Below, one piece after another: positions 35,059 through 46,622 of a stretch of DNA of 64,000 nt (within the stretch, counting starts at the first letter, position 1; each line of letters starts with the position of its first letter). The notes under the pieces are model-generated. The model ran no database searches. It was not told the origin of the DNA and saw only the letters and a list, made by a program, of their open reading frames with translations. Position numbers and translations under genes: made by a program. This DNA is from Williopsis jadinii (taxonomy: Eukaryota): positions 3,968,001 to 4,032,000 of the forward strand of contig AP024664.1 in NCBI GenBank assembly GCA_024346625.1, in the 5' to 3' direction.

Positions 35059-35689
35059 ACTACTGCAATCATGAACTTCCCATTACACCACAGACCATTC
35101 ACTTGATATAATGTGACCAATTCTATTCTTTTGGATCACTGTGTTACTACAAAACCCTTGTCATGAAACTATTTCCCTCTTTTACTCCACTTTTTGACCC
35201 TTCCCGCATCGTTTGGTATACAAATGTCAGATGACCAATGATTTCGTTGCGTACATCAACAATTAACGTACTGACTCTTAATTCGGAGTTGGTGATGCCT
35301 CTTTTTTGATTTGCTATGAGTCTATATGTCTATTTTATATCGTTTAGGTTAATTGAATTGTATCTTACACCTTTATGAACAATTACAATGTAAACTACAA
35401 CACTGAGCCCACAACGTCATGCTGAAGTTGAAGAGGAACGTACCACCTCTGGTCGAATGGTGCTGATCAAAGCAGCTTCTCATGCAAATGGCCCTTATGC
35501 GTTTAATCAAAAACTTCTAAAGGCGGTTTAAAGTTTAAAAATTTTCGCTGGTTGGCGCAACACACGTCGGAAATAACTCTAAATGTGATGTAAATGCGAG
35601 TATGTATGTGCTGCAATCATGCATATCGACGCATATTCATGTAGGTCACGCGTGGAAGACAAGACGTGTCCGTGGCGAAAAAAAATAAA

Positions 35690-35761
35690 TGCCGTTACCT
35701 GGAATCGAACCTGGGTCTGGTCGGCCACAACGACCTGTACTAACCACTATACTATAACGGC
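35690..35761 (-). tRNA. tRNA-His(GUG), intronless
   Basis: GCCGTTATAGTATAGTGGTTAGTACAGGTCGTTGTGGCCGACCAGACCCAGGTTCGATTCCAGGTAACGGCA folds as a cloverleaf with GTG anticodon, A and B boxes, and a downstream oligo-T terminator. G-1 is not encoded. Confidence 0.96.
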
Positions 35762-36108
35762 TGACTATGTTTTTGCAAATTGTGCTGTTTGACGAGTGGA
35801 GTCGATGCCAATCGTACAGTGGACAATGAGCTTAGACCTTTCAAATATGGTATACTCATTACAAAAGTGTGGTTGGAATAGGATACAGATAACTTGTTCA
35901 TTCGTCATATGGAATCAACAACTATATACAGGAAACACTGCGGATTTGGGGCTTTAGGATGCGCATTTTCCCTTATACGTCAAGAGACAAGCGACATGTC
36001 TAGAACCCCTCTCCCACAGAACGATATCCTTCTCCATAAACTTCATTAGAAACAAAACAAATGCAGCATTCAATTCGTAAGAATCCTCATTGAGATGGTT
36101 TTGGCAAC

Positions 36109-36804
36109 TCAGTCTTCACCCTTGACGACACCAACTTTAGCTGGACGCAAGACACGGCCATTCAAGTAGTAACCTTGTTGTTGGACAAAGAACACAGTGC
36201 CTGGTTCTTTATCTGGTTGAGGGACCTCAAACGTTGCTTCGTGGACATTTGGATCAAACTTCTCGCCAATTGCCTCGATTGGCTCCATTCCGTGTCTCTT
36301 CAAGGCGTTCAAAAACATGTTCTGGGTGATTTGAACACCCTCCACGAGATCATCAAGCTCTTTGAGCTTCTTGCTAGTGTCGGAGGTCTCCTCCTTGGTC
36401 AAGGTCTTGAGAGCAATCTCGAACGTATCAGCAGTCTCGAGCAAATCCTTAGCAAAGGATTTGAGCGCAAGTTCCTTGGACTTCTTGATCTCTCTCTTTG
36501 TAGACTCCTGCAAGTTTCTGAAATCGGCAATTGCTCTGAGATAATGGTCCTTGAACTGAGCCCTTTCCTTTTGTGCAGCTTCCAATTGCTCCTTGCACAA
36601 GGTGAGCTCGTCCTTTGGCTCGCTGTTCTCTTCCTTAGCGGCCTCTTCCTTGGCCTCTTCTGCCTTTGGCGCCTCTTTCTTCGCCTCCTCAGAGTAGAAT
36701 CTGATGGATCTCTGCGCCAGTGGGGACACGGCCAACGCTCTTGCAGAGATGACAGCAGGTCTTGTGGCCCTCAGTGTCTGTGATCTGAATACGTTTCTCA
36801 GCAT
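36109..36804 (-). CDS. MGE1: Mitochondrial GrpE nucleotide-exchange factor
   Basis: Presequence, RAIADFRNL, FDPNVHEA and GYYLNGRVLRPAKVGV. Confidence 0.96.
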   Translation of the reverse strand: MLRNVFRSQTLRATRPAVISARALAVSPLAQRSIRFYSEEAKKEAPKAEEAKEEAAKEENSEPKDELTLCKEQLEAAQKERAQFKDHYLRAIADFRNLQESTKREIKKSKELALKSFAKDLLETADTFEIALKTLTKEETSDTSKKLKELDDLVEGVQITQNMFLNALKRHGMEPIEAIGEKFDPNVHEATFEVPQPDKEPGTVFFVQQQGYYLNGRVLRPAKVGVVKGED

Positions 36805-37315
36805 TTTTGCCCTAGTTGCTGTTGTCTTTTGTTGCTGGAGACTCCTCTAAACAAAACCGGTGAAGGGTGAAATGTCCTTCCCTTCGCCTTCCGCTTTGGA
36901 CATTCGAGTGACCGAGTGAAAAAAAATGTCCACTCGACGACGTTTGTCCCGCGAACTCGTTTGGTATTCTCCCGCCGCGAACTCGTCTGATGGCTGCCCT
37001 CGGAATATTTTCCTGCAAATTCCACGGGATCTTTGCCTACTGCCCGTAGCGGGCTTTTTTCCTCCTCTGTTTCTTCACATCTTTTGACGGTTTCCCAACC
37101 AATGCCAGTGTGTTGATTACAAATAGCATCGCCATTTCGATTCCTCCGCTGTTTCCTTAGTGCGAAGAGAGAGACCTACGGACGGACTCGAAGTAGCAGA
37201 TTCTGATTTGTGCTGTGTTGTGTTGTGTTGCCCGTGTTACCGCTCTGTGATTGTACTGGACAAACTGCTGAGGCTCATCAGACGTATATTCCTCGGTTGA
37301 AAGCATCTTGGAGCC

Positions 37316-39070
37316 ATGATGGAACGAACCGTTGCTGTGCTGTACGGTTCAGAGACCGGCAACGCACATGACTATGCCGAGACGTTGAGCTCGTCGTTGG
37401 AGAGGCTCCATTTCAAGGTGACGTGCTCGTCGCTTGACGATTTCGATCTAAAGAGTCTTATCTCTACACGAGTGCTGGTTGTGATTTGCTCCACGACGGG
37501 CCAGGGCGAGTTCCCGAAGAACGCTCGTAGATTCTGGAAGTTCATGCTGAAGAAGAAGCTGCCGCACGACCTGCTGAACCACATCATCTTCACGTCGTTT
37601 GGCCTGGGAGACTCCTCGTACCCGAAGTTCAACTGGGCCATAAAGAAGCTCCACAATAGACTGCTACAGTTGGGAGCCGTGGAGTTCTCGAAGCGAGCAG
37701 AAGGTGACGAGCAGAGCTCCCAGGGCATAGACGGCTACTACATCGAGTTCCAGAAGCTGCTCGTGGAGAACCTCATGAAGGAATTCCCATTACCACAGGG
37801 ATTGGAGCCGATTCCTGATGATACACTGCTGGCTCCAAAGAACAGGCTAGTGGTGGACATGCGTAAGCCAAAGAGACAGACGGATGATAAGGTGAAGCAG
37901 GTGGCAATGACGAGACAAGACGCAGAGTTGGTGCCGGTCAAGGTGTCCTGTAACACGAGAATCACCTCGCTAGAGCACTTCCAAGATGTCCGTCATTTTA
38001 GCATCCATTCCACGGAACCCTTGACGTATGAGCCTGGTGACACCGTCTCATTATACCCTACAAACGACCCACAAGAGGTACAGACATTGATAGAGATTCA
38101 GGATTGGCATGAGATTGCGGACAGGCGAGTGGACATTGAAGGTGAAGCACCAAAGATTGACGGAGGCTACGTCAAGAACATGACGTTAAGGTCGTTACTG
38201 ACCCACCATTTGGACTTGAAGGCCATTCCAAGAAGATCCTTCTTCGGGCTGCTACAACACTTTGCCAGTGATGAAAGAGAACGGGAGAAGTTACAAGAGT
38301 TTAGCTCTTATAAGGATCCAGAGGAGCTGTATAACTACGCAAACAGACCACGTCGGTCGATATTGGAGGTCATCCAGGAGTTCTTCAGCGTGAAGATACC
38401 GGTGGAGTACATCTTCGACCTGTTCCCTGTGATTAAGCCACGGTTGTTTTCGATTTCATCTGAGCCTTCTGAGCATAACATCGACCTGACCGTGGCAATT
38501 GTACAGTACAAGACGATGATTAGACGTGTGAGAAGAGGCTTGTGTACGACATGGCTCAAGACTCTGAATGTTGGCGACGATATCGTTGTGAAGATCAACA
38601 GAAACTCGTTGAAGTTCCCACCGCTGGATAAGCCGATCATTATGATTTCACCAGGTACTGGTATTGCACCGATGAGATCTTTGATCCGTCAACGTGTATC
38701 GCAAGGATGCGACAAATCACAGCTGATACTGTTTACAGGCAACAGATACCACGATAAAGATTTCCTGTATGGAGATGAACTGACAAAGCTGGCACAGGAT
38801 GGTAAATTGGAGCTGTGGACTTCATTTTCAAGAGAAGCCGGTGGTTACGTCCAGGACACCCTGTATCTACAGGCAGATGTCATAGCAGAGCTCTTGACAC
38901 ACCGTGATGCTGCCATCTACATATGTGGATCGTCAGGTAAGATGCCTAACCAAGTGAGAGTGACCTTTGAGACAATATTACAGGAGACGAGAGGCTTATC
39001 AAAGGAGGACTCTCAAAAGTATTTGCAAGAATTGGAGATGAACGGAAGGTATATTCAAGAGACATGGTGA
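37316..39070 (+). CDS. TAH18: NADPH-dependent diflavin oxidoreductase
   Basis: LYGSETGNA, STTGQGE, GLGDSSYPKFN, PRLFSISS, PGTGIAPMRS and C-terminal RYIQETW. Confidence 0.95.
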   Translation: MMERTVAVLYGSETGNAHDYAETLSSSLERLHFKVTCSSLDDFDLKSLISTRVLVVICSTTGQGEFPKNARRFWKFMLKKKLPHDLLNHIIFTSFGLGDSSYPKFNWAIKKLHNRLLQLGAVEFSKRAEGDEQSSQGIDGYYIEFQKLLVENLMKEFPLPQGLEPIPDDTLLAPKNRLVVDMRKPKRQTDDKVKQVAMTRQDAELVPVKVSCNTRITSLEHFQDVRHFSIHSTEPLTYEPGDTVSLYPTNDPQEVQTLIEIQDWHEIADRRVDIEGEAPKIDGGYVKNMTLRSLLTHHLDLKAIPRRSFFGLLQHFASDEREREKLQEFSSYKDPEELYNYANRPRRSILEVIQEFFSVKIPVEYIFDLFPVIKPRLFSISSEPSEHNIDLTVAIVQYKTMIRRVRRGLCTTWLKTLNVGDDIVVKINRNSLKFPPLDKPIIMISPGTGIAPMRSLIRQRVSQGCDKSQLILFTGNRYHDKDFLYGDELTKLAQDGKLELWTSFSREAGGYVQDTLYLQADVIAELLTHRDAAIYICGSSGKMPNQVRVTFETILQETRGLSKEDSQKYLQELEMNGRYIQETW

Positions 39071-39485
39071 CTGTTTTTAGTATCACAAGCAGCTCTGATG
39101 TCCTGACAAACACCTCGTTCATGAATAACAGCATATTAAGTATTTATAGAGTGTTCATATTACAACATTACAGTGCATTACACCATTCTGAAACATGGAC
39201 CAAGTCTCTCTTCATGTTAGACGAAACAACGCTTCAACCTGAATGCATACACTAGACGTGACAAGTGAATATCGCGAGTATATCATTGGTGTGGACCATT
39301 AACACCACTTGCCATAGTCCCTGAAGCCTCTTCCGTGCTCTTCTAGACTCCTCTTAAAACTCACTCATGTCTATTGGTATTTGTAGTCCTTTAGTTCTCA
39401 ATCATCACTACAGTATCAGAACTAGCAAGCGTTTAGAATGAAGTACGGGACCATAAATAAATAGCTTCTCAGGCAATTGGAAAGA

Positions 39486-41279
39486 TCAGTTGCACACACG
39501 TGATCTCTGCTCCTTGTACAGAGCTAACAATGGTTCCCATATGTCAGAAGAGCAGTCATATTCAGTCTTTGACTTCTTTCTGAACCCGGCATTCTTCTCG
39601 TCCTCCTTCTCATCTCTCTTATGAGCTGAGGTCTCATCACCACTTCCAGCATCACCACTTCCAGCATCACACACACGTTCCCTACCATCCAAACCATACA
39701 CATCAAAATTGCCCTCTGTGTACAGCTGACGGTCAAATGCTGATGTTCCATAGTGGATGACCTTGGCTTTGTTGTAAATGAGACCAACAATGTCTTCTGA
39801 TTCATCCATGTCGTAATAGAGTGGTTCACCGGTGACGGACTTGAGACCCATAAGTGAATACGGAAGATCGTTAGGGTCGGCAGCGTAGAAGGAGTACTTC
39901 TTTGAATTCTTCTCCTTCTTTGAAGAAGTTTCGTACTTCTCAAACTCGGAAGCAAGCGTACCATAGACGTTATGAGGCAAGATCATTAGTTCCGGTCTCT
40001 CGTCCAGACGTTCTTCCAGGTTGAATCTGCTTGTGAAGTGACGAGAACGGCCAATCTGTAACCTGATAGAGTAACGGAAAGAGAATATCGTATCTCTCAG
40101 CAAACGAGCAAGGTCTTTCCCGGTGTATCCCACTTCCAATAGATCCTTTTCGACACGTGAGAACACCTCCGTGCCTGGCTGAATCACCATGACGTTAGTG
40201 GATAAGAATAGCTCCTCCATAACCCAGTTCTTTGGTAGACTGTTGTACAAATTAGAGTAGAAGTTCTTCTCGTTGACTCTCTCATCGAGGGTCTGTGAGG
40301 AAGAAAACCCGTGGAAGTTCAACTTCGCAGTGTCCTCGTTCAAGAAGGGTTCGATATCGTTCTTGAATATCTTGTTAAGCTTGAGGGCTCTCCGTTTTGG
40401 AGACTCTTTAATGTAACCGGTCTTCTTCAGGTCAAAATGCTTGAGTACCTTGCTGAGCGGTTCTTCGCTTGTCCAGTACGCACTTGGAACTGCCAAATTG
40501 GTAGGAGGAATGAAGAACAGCTCATCGAGGTTTCCCTTTGTTAAGATAGAGACTGGATCAACGTATATGAGTCTCTTATACTCTGTTCTGTTGAAAGCCA
40601 ACAACTCAGGGTAATGAATCCAGGTCTCGTTCAATTGAGCAAAGTGCAGAGGCTCAACCTTGACGTTGTACTTCTTTTGGAATTCTGTGATGATGTTCGC
40701 AGGAGCTCCCGATAACAGCTTCTCGTCAATGAACATCAACAGGTCTGCCTTCGTACCACTGCTGCTCAACTCTGCCAGCTTCATCATTCCAACACACAGG
40801 TCCGTTTCATTGACTACTGAGACATAGTAGCCCAGTTTGGACCAATCAACGCTTCCAAGATCAGTTGAATTGTACAGCTGGTCGATGGTCTCAGGGTAGA
40901 GCGTGTTCATCGCATATCGATTATAGTCGAGAAGAGTATGTTCATCATACAGCATCAGCTGTGCGTCCGTGATGTTCTTCTCCTCTTTGGCCTCCAGGTA
41001 ACCTAGAACGTTCTCATATGGGCTCAACAGCTGTGCTTGGGAAGAGAAGGACCCAAAGAACGAGCTCTCACGTTCATCTTCTGCCTGTGAGCCCGGTTTC
41101 TTGAACACCAGTGGCGGCGCCTTCACTCTTTCACTACCACCTTTCCCAAGTGCACCAGTATTAATTGTAGCCGATGACGAGCCAGTCAAGTTGAACACCG
41201 TAAACAGCACTAAGCATAACAATACTGACAAGCCAACAACTTTCCTCTTGTTTGGAGAGGATATCGCAGTGTGATTCAT
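39486..41279 (-). CDS. Type II membrane GT8 glycosyltransferase-like protein (Gnt1-related), possibly inactive
   Basis: N-terminal TM; AFNRTEYKRLIYVD...LDELFFIP...AYW and LPHNVYGTL resemble Gnt1; DxD is degenerate. Confidence 0.7.
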   Translation of the reverse strand: MNHTAISSPNKRKVVGLSVLLCLVLFTVFNLTGSSSATINTGALGKGGSERVKAPPLVFKKPGSQAEDERESSFFGSFSSQAQLLSPYENVLGYLEAKEEKNITDAQLMLYDEHTLLDYNRYAMNTLYPETIDQLYNSTDLGSVDWSKLGYYVSVVNETDLCVGMMKLAELSSSGTKADLLMFIDEKLLSGAPANIITEFQKKYNVKVEPLHFAQLNETWIHYPELLAFNRTEYKRLIYVDPVSILTKGNLDELFFIPPTNLAVPSAYWTSEEPLSKVLKHFDLKKTGYIKESPKRRALKLNKIFKNDIEPFLNEDTAKLNFHGFSSSQTLDERVNEKNFYSNLYNSLPKNWVMEELFLSTNVMVIQPGTEVFSRVEKDLLEVGYTGKDLARLLRDTIFSFRYSIRLQIGRSRHFTSRFNLEERLDERPELMILPHNVYGTLASEFEKYETSSKKEKNSKKYSFYAADPNDLPYSLMGLKSVTGEPLYYDMDESEDIVGLIYNKAKVIHYGTSAFDRQLYTEGNFDVYGLDGRERVCDAGSGDAGSGDETSAHKRDEKEDEKNAGFRKKSKTEYDCSSDIWEPLLALYKEQRSRVCN

Positions 41280-41635
41280 CTTGTATCGAAGCCTGCTCGA
41301 CCTATCGCACCTCGTCGTACAAGTTCTCCTTAGTTAAAACACCGTGGACTTGTTGCAAGTTCCGGGCACGGACAAATGTGCACGTCTCCGTGGTGTTTGG
41401 ATGTTTCTGTTGGCTGCCTGTGTGCGAATAAAGTCTGAAGTATGCATATGCCCATCCGAACCATGCATGACGTTGCATGGTGGCGCATGTGCTTTGTCCT
41501 TTGTCTCTTGTCCTTTGTCTCTTGTATAGGAATCACTATGCCTTCTCATTGATGATCCAGCTGTGCTACTCTACGAATCAGCTCTAACTATGTGGCTCGA
41601 ATGGTATTGAATATATGGATAGTATGCCTTAGACT

Positions 41636-43726
41636 CTAGTACTTCAATAACTTCTTTGCATTTCGCCCAACCTGTGCAACGAAGTTGTACTTCAGTTGCG
41701 TTGCATCGTTGAAAGTAATCATTTTGGCGTAGTTATTCGGATCATGCCGTCCTCCAATTCGATCGTACGCACAATACACTGAGCCTCTACACTCGGTTGT
41801 TCTCCCCCATCCTGAGTCGTTCTCCCCAAGGTTGTTCGTCACTTTGTTCTCTTCTGGTGATGTGAGAATGAGCGCAGTGATCTTTTCTGGCGAGGTATAA
41901 TGTTCTCTCAGCTCTGTCTTGCTTTTGAACATCAAGGTGTATCTCCCGTTAAAATCATGGTCAGACGAGTCCGGGTATTTACAGACGGAGGCACCACCGT
42001 CCATCCATAGCATAGTGGTATTGTCAACGGGAGAGAGATGACCAGCGTGTGAAGAGCATATCTCATGGCCCTTGAGGTGTGATCTTCTGATGTCAATCTT
42101 ATCATCGAGGAGTCTGTAGTCTACTGGGGTCACTGACCCAACAGCACCAGCTGTCCAGTGGTTCATGTAATAATCTTCAAGCCCCGCTATAGACATCCCC
42201 AGCCAATACATCTCCTTGTCTCTTCTGATTCTTTCCTCGACAGGCTTCCAAATCTTCAAGTTCATCACGCTGAGAATACCAGTCATATATCTCTTGCGAT
42301 CGATGGCAAGGACACTCGCATCCATATACGGATGCTTTTCCTTCTCCATGAATCTATTGCCGAGTGTCTTCTCTGTGACAGATGGGATGTGGAAGATCAA
42401 TTCATCAACCTTTGTTGGCATGAGGCTTTTGAAGAACTCTACAGTGTGCTCAGAGTGGCTGTCCTCAAGTTCACGGCCCCTAAAGAATAGCGCACCATGT
42501 TCCCTGTACAAGTGATTGTTAAAGATATGGCTCCCCAAATCTACCAACGGTACAACGTCTGAATCGATCATCAATGTGTGTTCGAAGGAGTTGAAGAATA
42601 GAGCCAATAACTTTCTGCCTGCTCCAGAGAACTTCTTCAGGAAAATAGGAGAAATTGATCTTGAGGCATCGACATACCATAACTCTAGCGGAGGGAAGAT
42701 GGACTTCAGCTCACTCTCATGCAAGTGAGTATAGCTCTTAGCAATACCACGCTGCTTCAACACCCTGTCGAGATCTGGGACTGAATCCAAATCCAGCATC
42801 AGGGAATTGGCAGCTTGGAGTAGCCTGTTTGCACTCACCGGTGATAGATTACCGGCATGGACAACTTGGACTGGCAATTGGTTGCCTACTGCTCTCAGCA
42901 TGGCAAACAATGAAATCAACGCGTTGACGTTTGAATCTGACGCCGATATGGCTATTCCCTTACCGTTCATGGAAGATCTGATGTCATGCATCATACAGCC
43001 ATTCAGATCAGGATACAGTGGTTCTTGTCCGCCTTTGATGTAATTAGCCATCACAGGTGCACTCTCCAGTACTTCACCGTTCCAACGAGTGTACACAGGA
43101 GATAGTCCAGTGTGCCATTTGAACAAACGCCTACCATACTCGGAGCATCTCTGATTCTTGAGAGGATCATTGTTGAACAACCCGAATTGGTCAAGATAAC
43201 ACGCCCCGTAAACCCTCACAGACGTGGCAGAGTCGACAACGTTGCTCTCCAAATCGTTTGCAACACCATTCAGTTTGTCATAGATCTCTTCAAACGACTG
43301 TCTAACGTGTTTTGCCTTCAGTACTTGAGTCTTTTCAGCTTCTGAAAGCCCACCAGGCAACTGGTTCATCACCTCGTGGGTCTTCCTCTCGACGAATTGG
43401 TCCTTGTTTTCTTTCTCATGGTCATTCGAAGCTATCAATGAGCCCAGCACCTCCCACTCGGGGTCGCTTTCGTCCAGAATGCCAAAATAACGGGAGCATC
43501 TGTCTCCATATGCCATGCTGTTTATATCTTCCTTCAGCATCCCCTTATATGCGCTGTTCATTCTTGTGCCTGTTGCAATGTACGTGCTAGGGCGGTCATT
43601 CCTTCCTCTCGTGAAGAAAGCAATCTCGAAACAGATGAAGAACAAGACTCCCACAACGGCCAGCAACCGACGATGCGACCGTCTGGCCTTCAACAGGTTA
43701 TCGCTTATGCTCGATATCGACTTCAT
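41636..43726 (-). CDS. Alpha-1,3-mannosyltransferase, Mnn1/Mnt family (GT71)
   Basis: N-terminal TM, GKGIAIS, LRAVGNQLPVQVVH, LMIDSDVVP, DKEMYW and EICSSH. Confidence 0.85.
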   Translation of the reverse strand: MKSISSISDNLLKARRSHRRLLAVVGVLFFICFEIAFFTRGRNDRPSTYIATGTRMNSAYKGMLKEDINSMAYGDRCSRYFGILDESDPEWEVLGSLIASNDHEKENKDQFVERKTHEVMNQLPGGLSEAEKTQVLKAKHVRQSFEEIYDKLNGVANDLESNVVDSATSVRVYGACYLDQFGLFNNDPLKNQRCSEYGRRLFKWHTGLSPVYTRWNGEVLESAPVMANYIKGGQEPLYPDLNGCMMHDIRSSMNGKGIAISASDSNVNALISLFAMLRAVGNQLPVQVVHAGNLSPVSANRLLQAANSLMLDLDSVPDLDRVLKQRGIAKSYTHLHESELKSIFPPLELWYVDASRSISPIFLKKFSGAGRKLLALFFNSFEHTLMIDSDVVPLVDLGSHIFNNHLYREHGALFFRGRELEDSHSEHTVEFFKSLMPTKVDELIFHIPSVTEKTLGNRFMEKEKHPYMDASVLAIDRKRYMTGILSVMNLKIWKPVEERIRRDKEMYWLGMSIAGLEDYYMNHWTAGAVGSVTPVDYRLLDDKIDIRRSHLKGHEICSSHAGHLSPVDNTTMLWMDGGASVCKYPDSSDHDFNGRYTLMFKSKTELREHYTSPEKITALILTSPEENKVTNNLGENDSGWGRTTECRGSVYCAYDRIGGRHDPNNYAKMITFNDATQLKYNFVAQVGRNAKKLLKY

Positions 43727-44850
43727 CGTCCTATGCTACCGCCAAACCTTCTCTCCGGCAATATGTCCTGACAATGTGTTCTTCGCTTCTGGGCCGAGCG
43801 TCCACCAGTGTCTTCCTCGCCAGGATTCCCTTTAAATACCAGTTAAGCCTCGTAGTGCGTGTGTGAAGATACTGCAAGAAGCTCGAGTGAACTGGGTCCC
43901 GAGTACGAATCACTATGGAATGAGTTCTGCTAAGCTGATCAACGCCAATTGTCGGAGTAGCGTGGAAATTTTTTTGGACACGCTTTCGACCCTTGAAACC
44001 TTAAAAAACGCAGCCGGGAGGAAAACAGGACAAACGAGCCCGGCCAGAAAAGCAAAAAAAAACACACAAGCTCTTTGAAATACAGCCATGAACGCTTAAA
44101 GACGCCAGTTTCGAGTCGTCCAGTTAACGTCTGATGCCGGTCAGCTTTGAGCTGTTAGTCTGCAATGTGTGTGTGTGTCTCAGCTGTGAGGAATTGGGCC
44201 TGCTAAGCTAATTCTGTCCTGAGTGGGATGAGCTGTAAATCTAATGGTTACTCGCATATGGGCGTGGTGGGACAAACGTCGCAATTGGACAACAGGACAA
44301 ACTGTAATAGACTGAAGAGTTGAGGGGCGTGTAAAGAGGGAGGGAGACAGGGCGAGAGGGCTGGAGTGGAAACGTAGGTGACGGTTCTGGAAATGAACAC
44401 TGGGTTGGCACTGCAGCGCCAACCAACTGCCTTTCTGAATGCTCTTAGCACCCCCTTATTGGAGGAGGTGAGATGGTGAGACAAATGCACAGAAATGTAG
44501 GAAGATGCGTGATTAATGCATGGTTATATTTTTAAGTTATTATGACTGTTGCTAAGACAACCTTGTGTAAAACAACCGATCAACAGGCACAGGAGAACAT
44601 CTACACCGAGATTTTGAGCTCTGGCTGACACGTTAGCCTCTCCAACTTCACAGTTTGAGACACGCTTGCTATTGGCTGTATATGCTTGTAGGTTACAAGA
44701 TGTAGTCTGTGACGAGTGGATATACAGAGACAAATTGGATAAAAGCGTATAAACAGGGTAGATATAGTACACGAGGTTTGTAAGACATTCACCCACAGTG
44801 GTGCTTTCTGGAAGAGAAGGACATTATATCATATGGCGACAAGATCTCAA

Positions 44851-46407
44851 CTATACAACTTGGATCCAGATGGTGCGCTTTTCCTTGTTCTCCACTGCAC
44901 GTCTTTGCTCGTTGTTGTTATCAACAACAACGTCAAATACAACCATACTCAAGCCCAGAGGTAGTTTCAATTCATAACGGGATGTCAACTTACCAGACTC
45001 CGCATAGTGGATTGAAGGTGTTGGATTCACGCGTTCGCCATTGACCGTTAGAACGGATTGGTGACGTTTCTCCATCAGAGTCCCATTGAGTTTTGCGGAT
45101 ATCGATATCGCACTCTGACTTCTGTTCAACGTCATCGTATGACTTTGAACTTTGAACTCTGAAGCTTTGAAATGATGTTCAAACCAGGCATATGTTGGCG
45201 GTATAGGTGTGTTATTCATTGGACGCACAGCTTGTTTGTACTGTGAGCGAGATGAGGTGATTGTGATTTCTTGAATAAGCTGGTCCGCCACGTTTAAAAG
45301 GGTTCTTGGTCTAGTTGAAGGACCTACTGGAACGCCCTCTTCTTTTTCTTCGTTGTCTTCTTTTCCATCGTTCTCCTCTTCACTGTGGTGGTCCTTAGAA
45401 GGTTCAAGGTCATCGTAACTTTCACCCAGATCATCTTCTGGAGGACCAACAGGAGCAAGGTTAAATTTCACAGGAGGTTTGATTTTCAACTTGACAGGAG
45501 GTGTCGATGTTTTCTTCATTGCGAGTTGTTGTTCGTGTTGTAAGCGCTGTTGTTCTTCGATCTCCTTTTTAATTTCGTTCATTCTAGAATGGAAATAGTC
45601 CTGTAAAGTCTTTGAGTCTTGGTAAAGCAATGAGCCTTCATCGTTGTACGTCTGCGCGTTTCTAAACACCAGCTCCATCTGATTGATGAATTGACCCATC
45701 GATTTGATACGTCCAGATACAAGGTTCTCCTTGACGGTACTCAGAGATGTAACTTTCTTGATGATCCTGTAATAGTCGGGATAATCCTTCCGGTTAACCT
45801 CGTGCATGAAGGGTTCACTAATGTTCACGCCATCAACTTTGTAAGTCATAATCTCATCCAGCACATTGAGGTATTTCTGCTTTTGTGTGGTGTGTCCATG
45901 GTGCTGAGGTGTGGATTGTGGAGTACCAGGAGCACGTAGCTTGATCTTTGGCAATGCCGGTTTCTTTCTCTTTCTCTCCTCCTCTTCCTCGGCCTCCTTG
46001 ATTCTCTTCTCCTCCTCCTCCTCTTCCTGTCTCCTTTTCTCTTCTTCCGCGTCTTCTTCCTCCTTCAACTCTTTTTTGAGCTGTCCTTTCACATATTGCA
46101 AGATCTTTACAGAGTCTTTGGCAATCTCACTCTTTGGATCGTTATACGTGTTGGCATTATCAGCCATTAGCTCGAAGTCTGCAACAAGCTCCTTCGCAGA
46201 CGTGTGGTTCTTTCCCTTGATCTCATGTAACGATATTGGATCCTTGATGATGTCGAAATAGTCTGGAACGTACTTCTTTGGTGGGATCTCTAGGAAGTCC
46301 TGGGCAATGTCCATCTTTTCCACGGCGGTGAGCAACGCGTCAAATCTCGACTTCGGAGCGGTACGTTGTCTCTTGTTGACGTGTGAATCGCTCTTTCTTC
46401 TCGCCAT
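44851..46407 (-). CDS. RSC4: RSC subunit Rsc4 (tandem bromodomains)
   Basis: Two bromodomains (PDYFDIIKDPISL...NANTYN and YPDYYRIIK...NAQTYN); next to MEH1 and MRPL13 as in S. cerevisiae. Confidence 0.8.
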   Translation of the reverse strand: MARRKSDSHVNKRQRTAPKSRFDALLTAVEKMDIAQDFLEIPPKKYVPDYFDIIKDPISLHEIKGKNHTSAKELVADFELMADNANTYNDPKSEIAKDSVKILQYVKGQLKKELKEEEDAEEEKRRQEEEEEEKRIKEAEEEEERKRKKPALPKIKLRAPGTPQSTPQHHGHTTQKQKYLNVLDEIMTYKVDGVNISEPFMHEVNRKDYPDYYRIIKKVTSLSTVKENLVSGRIKSMGQFINQMELVFRNAQTYNDEGSLLYQDSKTLQDYFHSRMNEIKKEIEEQQRLQHEQQLAMKKTSTPPVKLKIKPPVKFNLAPVGPPEDDLGESYDDLEPSKDHHSEEENDGKEDNEEKEEGVPVGPSTRPRTLLNVADQLIQEITITSSRSQYKQAVRPMNNTPIPPTYAWFEHHFKASEFKVQSHTMTLNRSQSAISISAKLNGTLMEKRHQSVLTVNGERVNPTPSIHYAESGKLTSRYELKLPLGLSMVVFDVVVDNNNEQRRAVENKEKRTIWIQVV

Positions 46408-46437
46408 GTTTGAAACTTTCGAGGTGGTTTTGTTTCT

Positions 46438-46465
46438 TTGTTGTTGTTGTTGTTGTTGTTGTTGT
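46438..46465. repeat. (TTG)n microsatellite upstream of RSC4
   Basis: Directly visible, followed by TAGCCGCC at 46466-46473. Confidence 0.85.
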
Positions 46466-46622
46466 TAGCCGCCCAGTGTGTTTTTTTGTTGATCTTTTTT
46501 CTCCCCTACACGACAACTACGCAGTTCAAGTACACAAAAACATCCATACATTGTTAAAAACATCCACACATTGTTACAAATCAAAACAAAGGCCCTCTCA
46601 AATCAAACAGAAGATGTCACGC

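Noticed and set aside
36175..36783. Long antisense ORFs over MGE1 (similarly over ADE1, ADE2, the SUN gene and the Sed1-like gene)
   Set aside because: Expected by-product of codon bias in highly expressed genes.
44080..44520. Purine-rich stretch with a GGTTGGC/GCCAACC hairpin, possible ncRNA
   Set aside because: No recognisable snRNA, snoRNA or telomerase motifs; a single short hairpin is insufficient.
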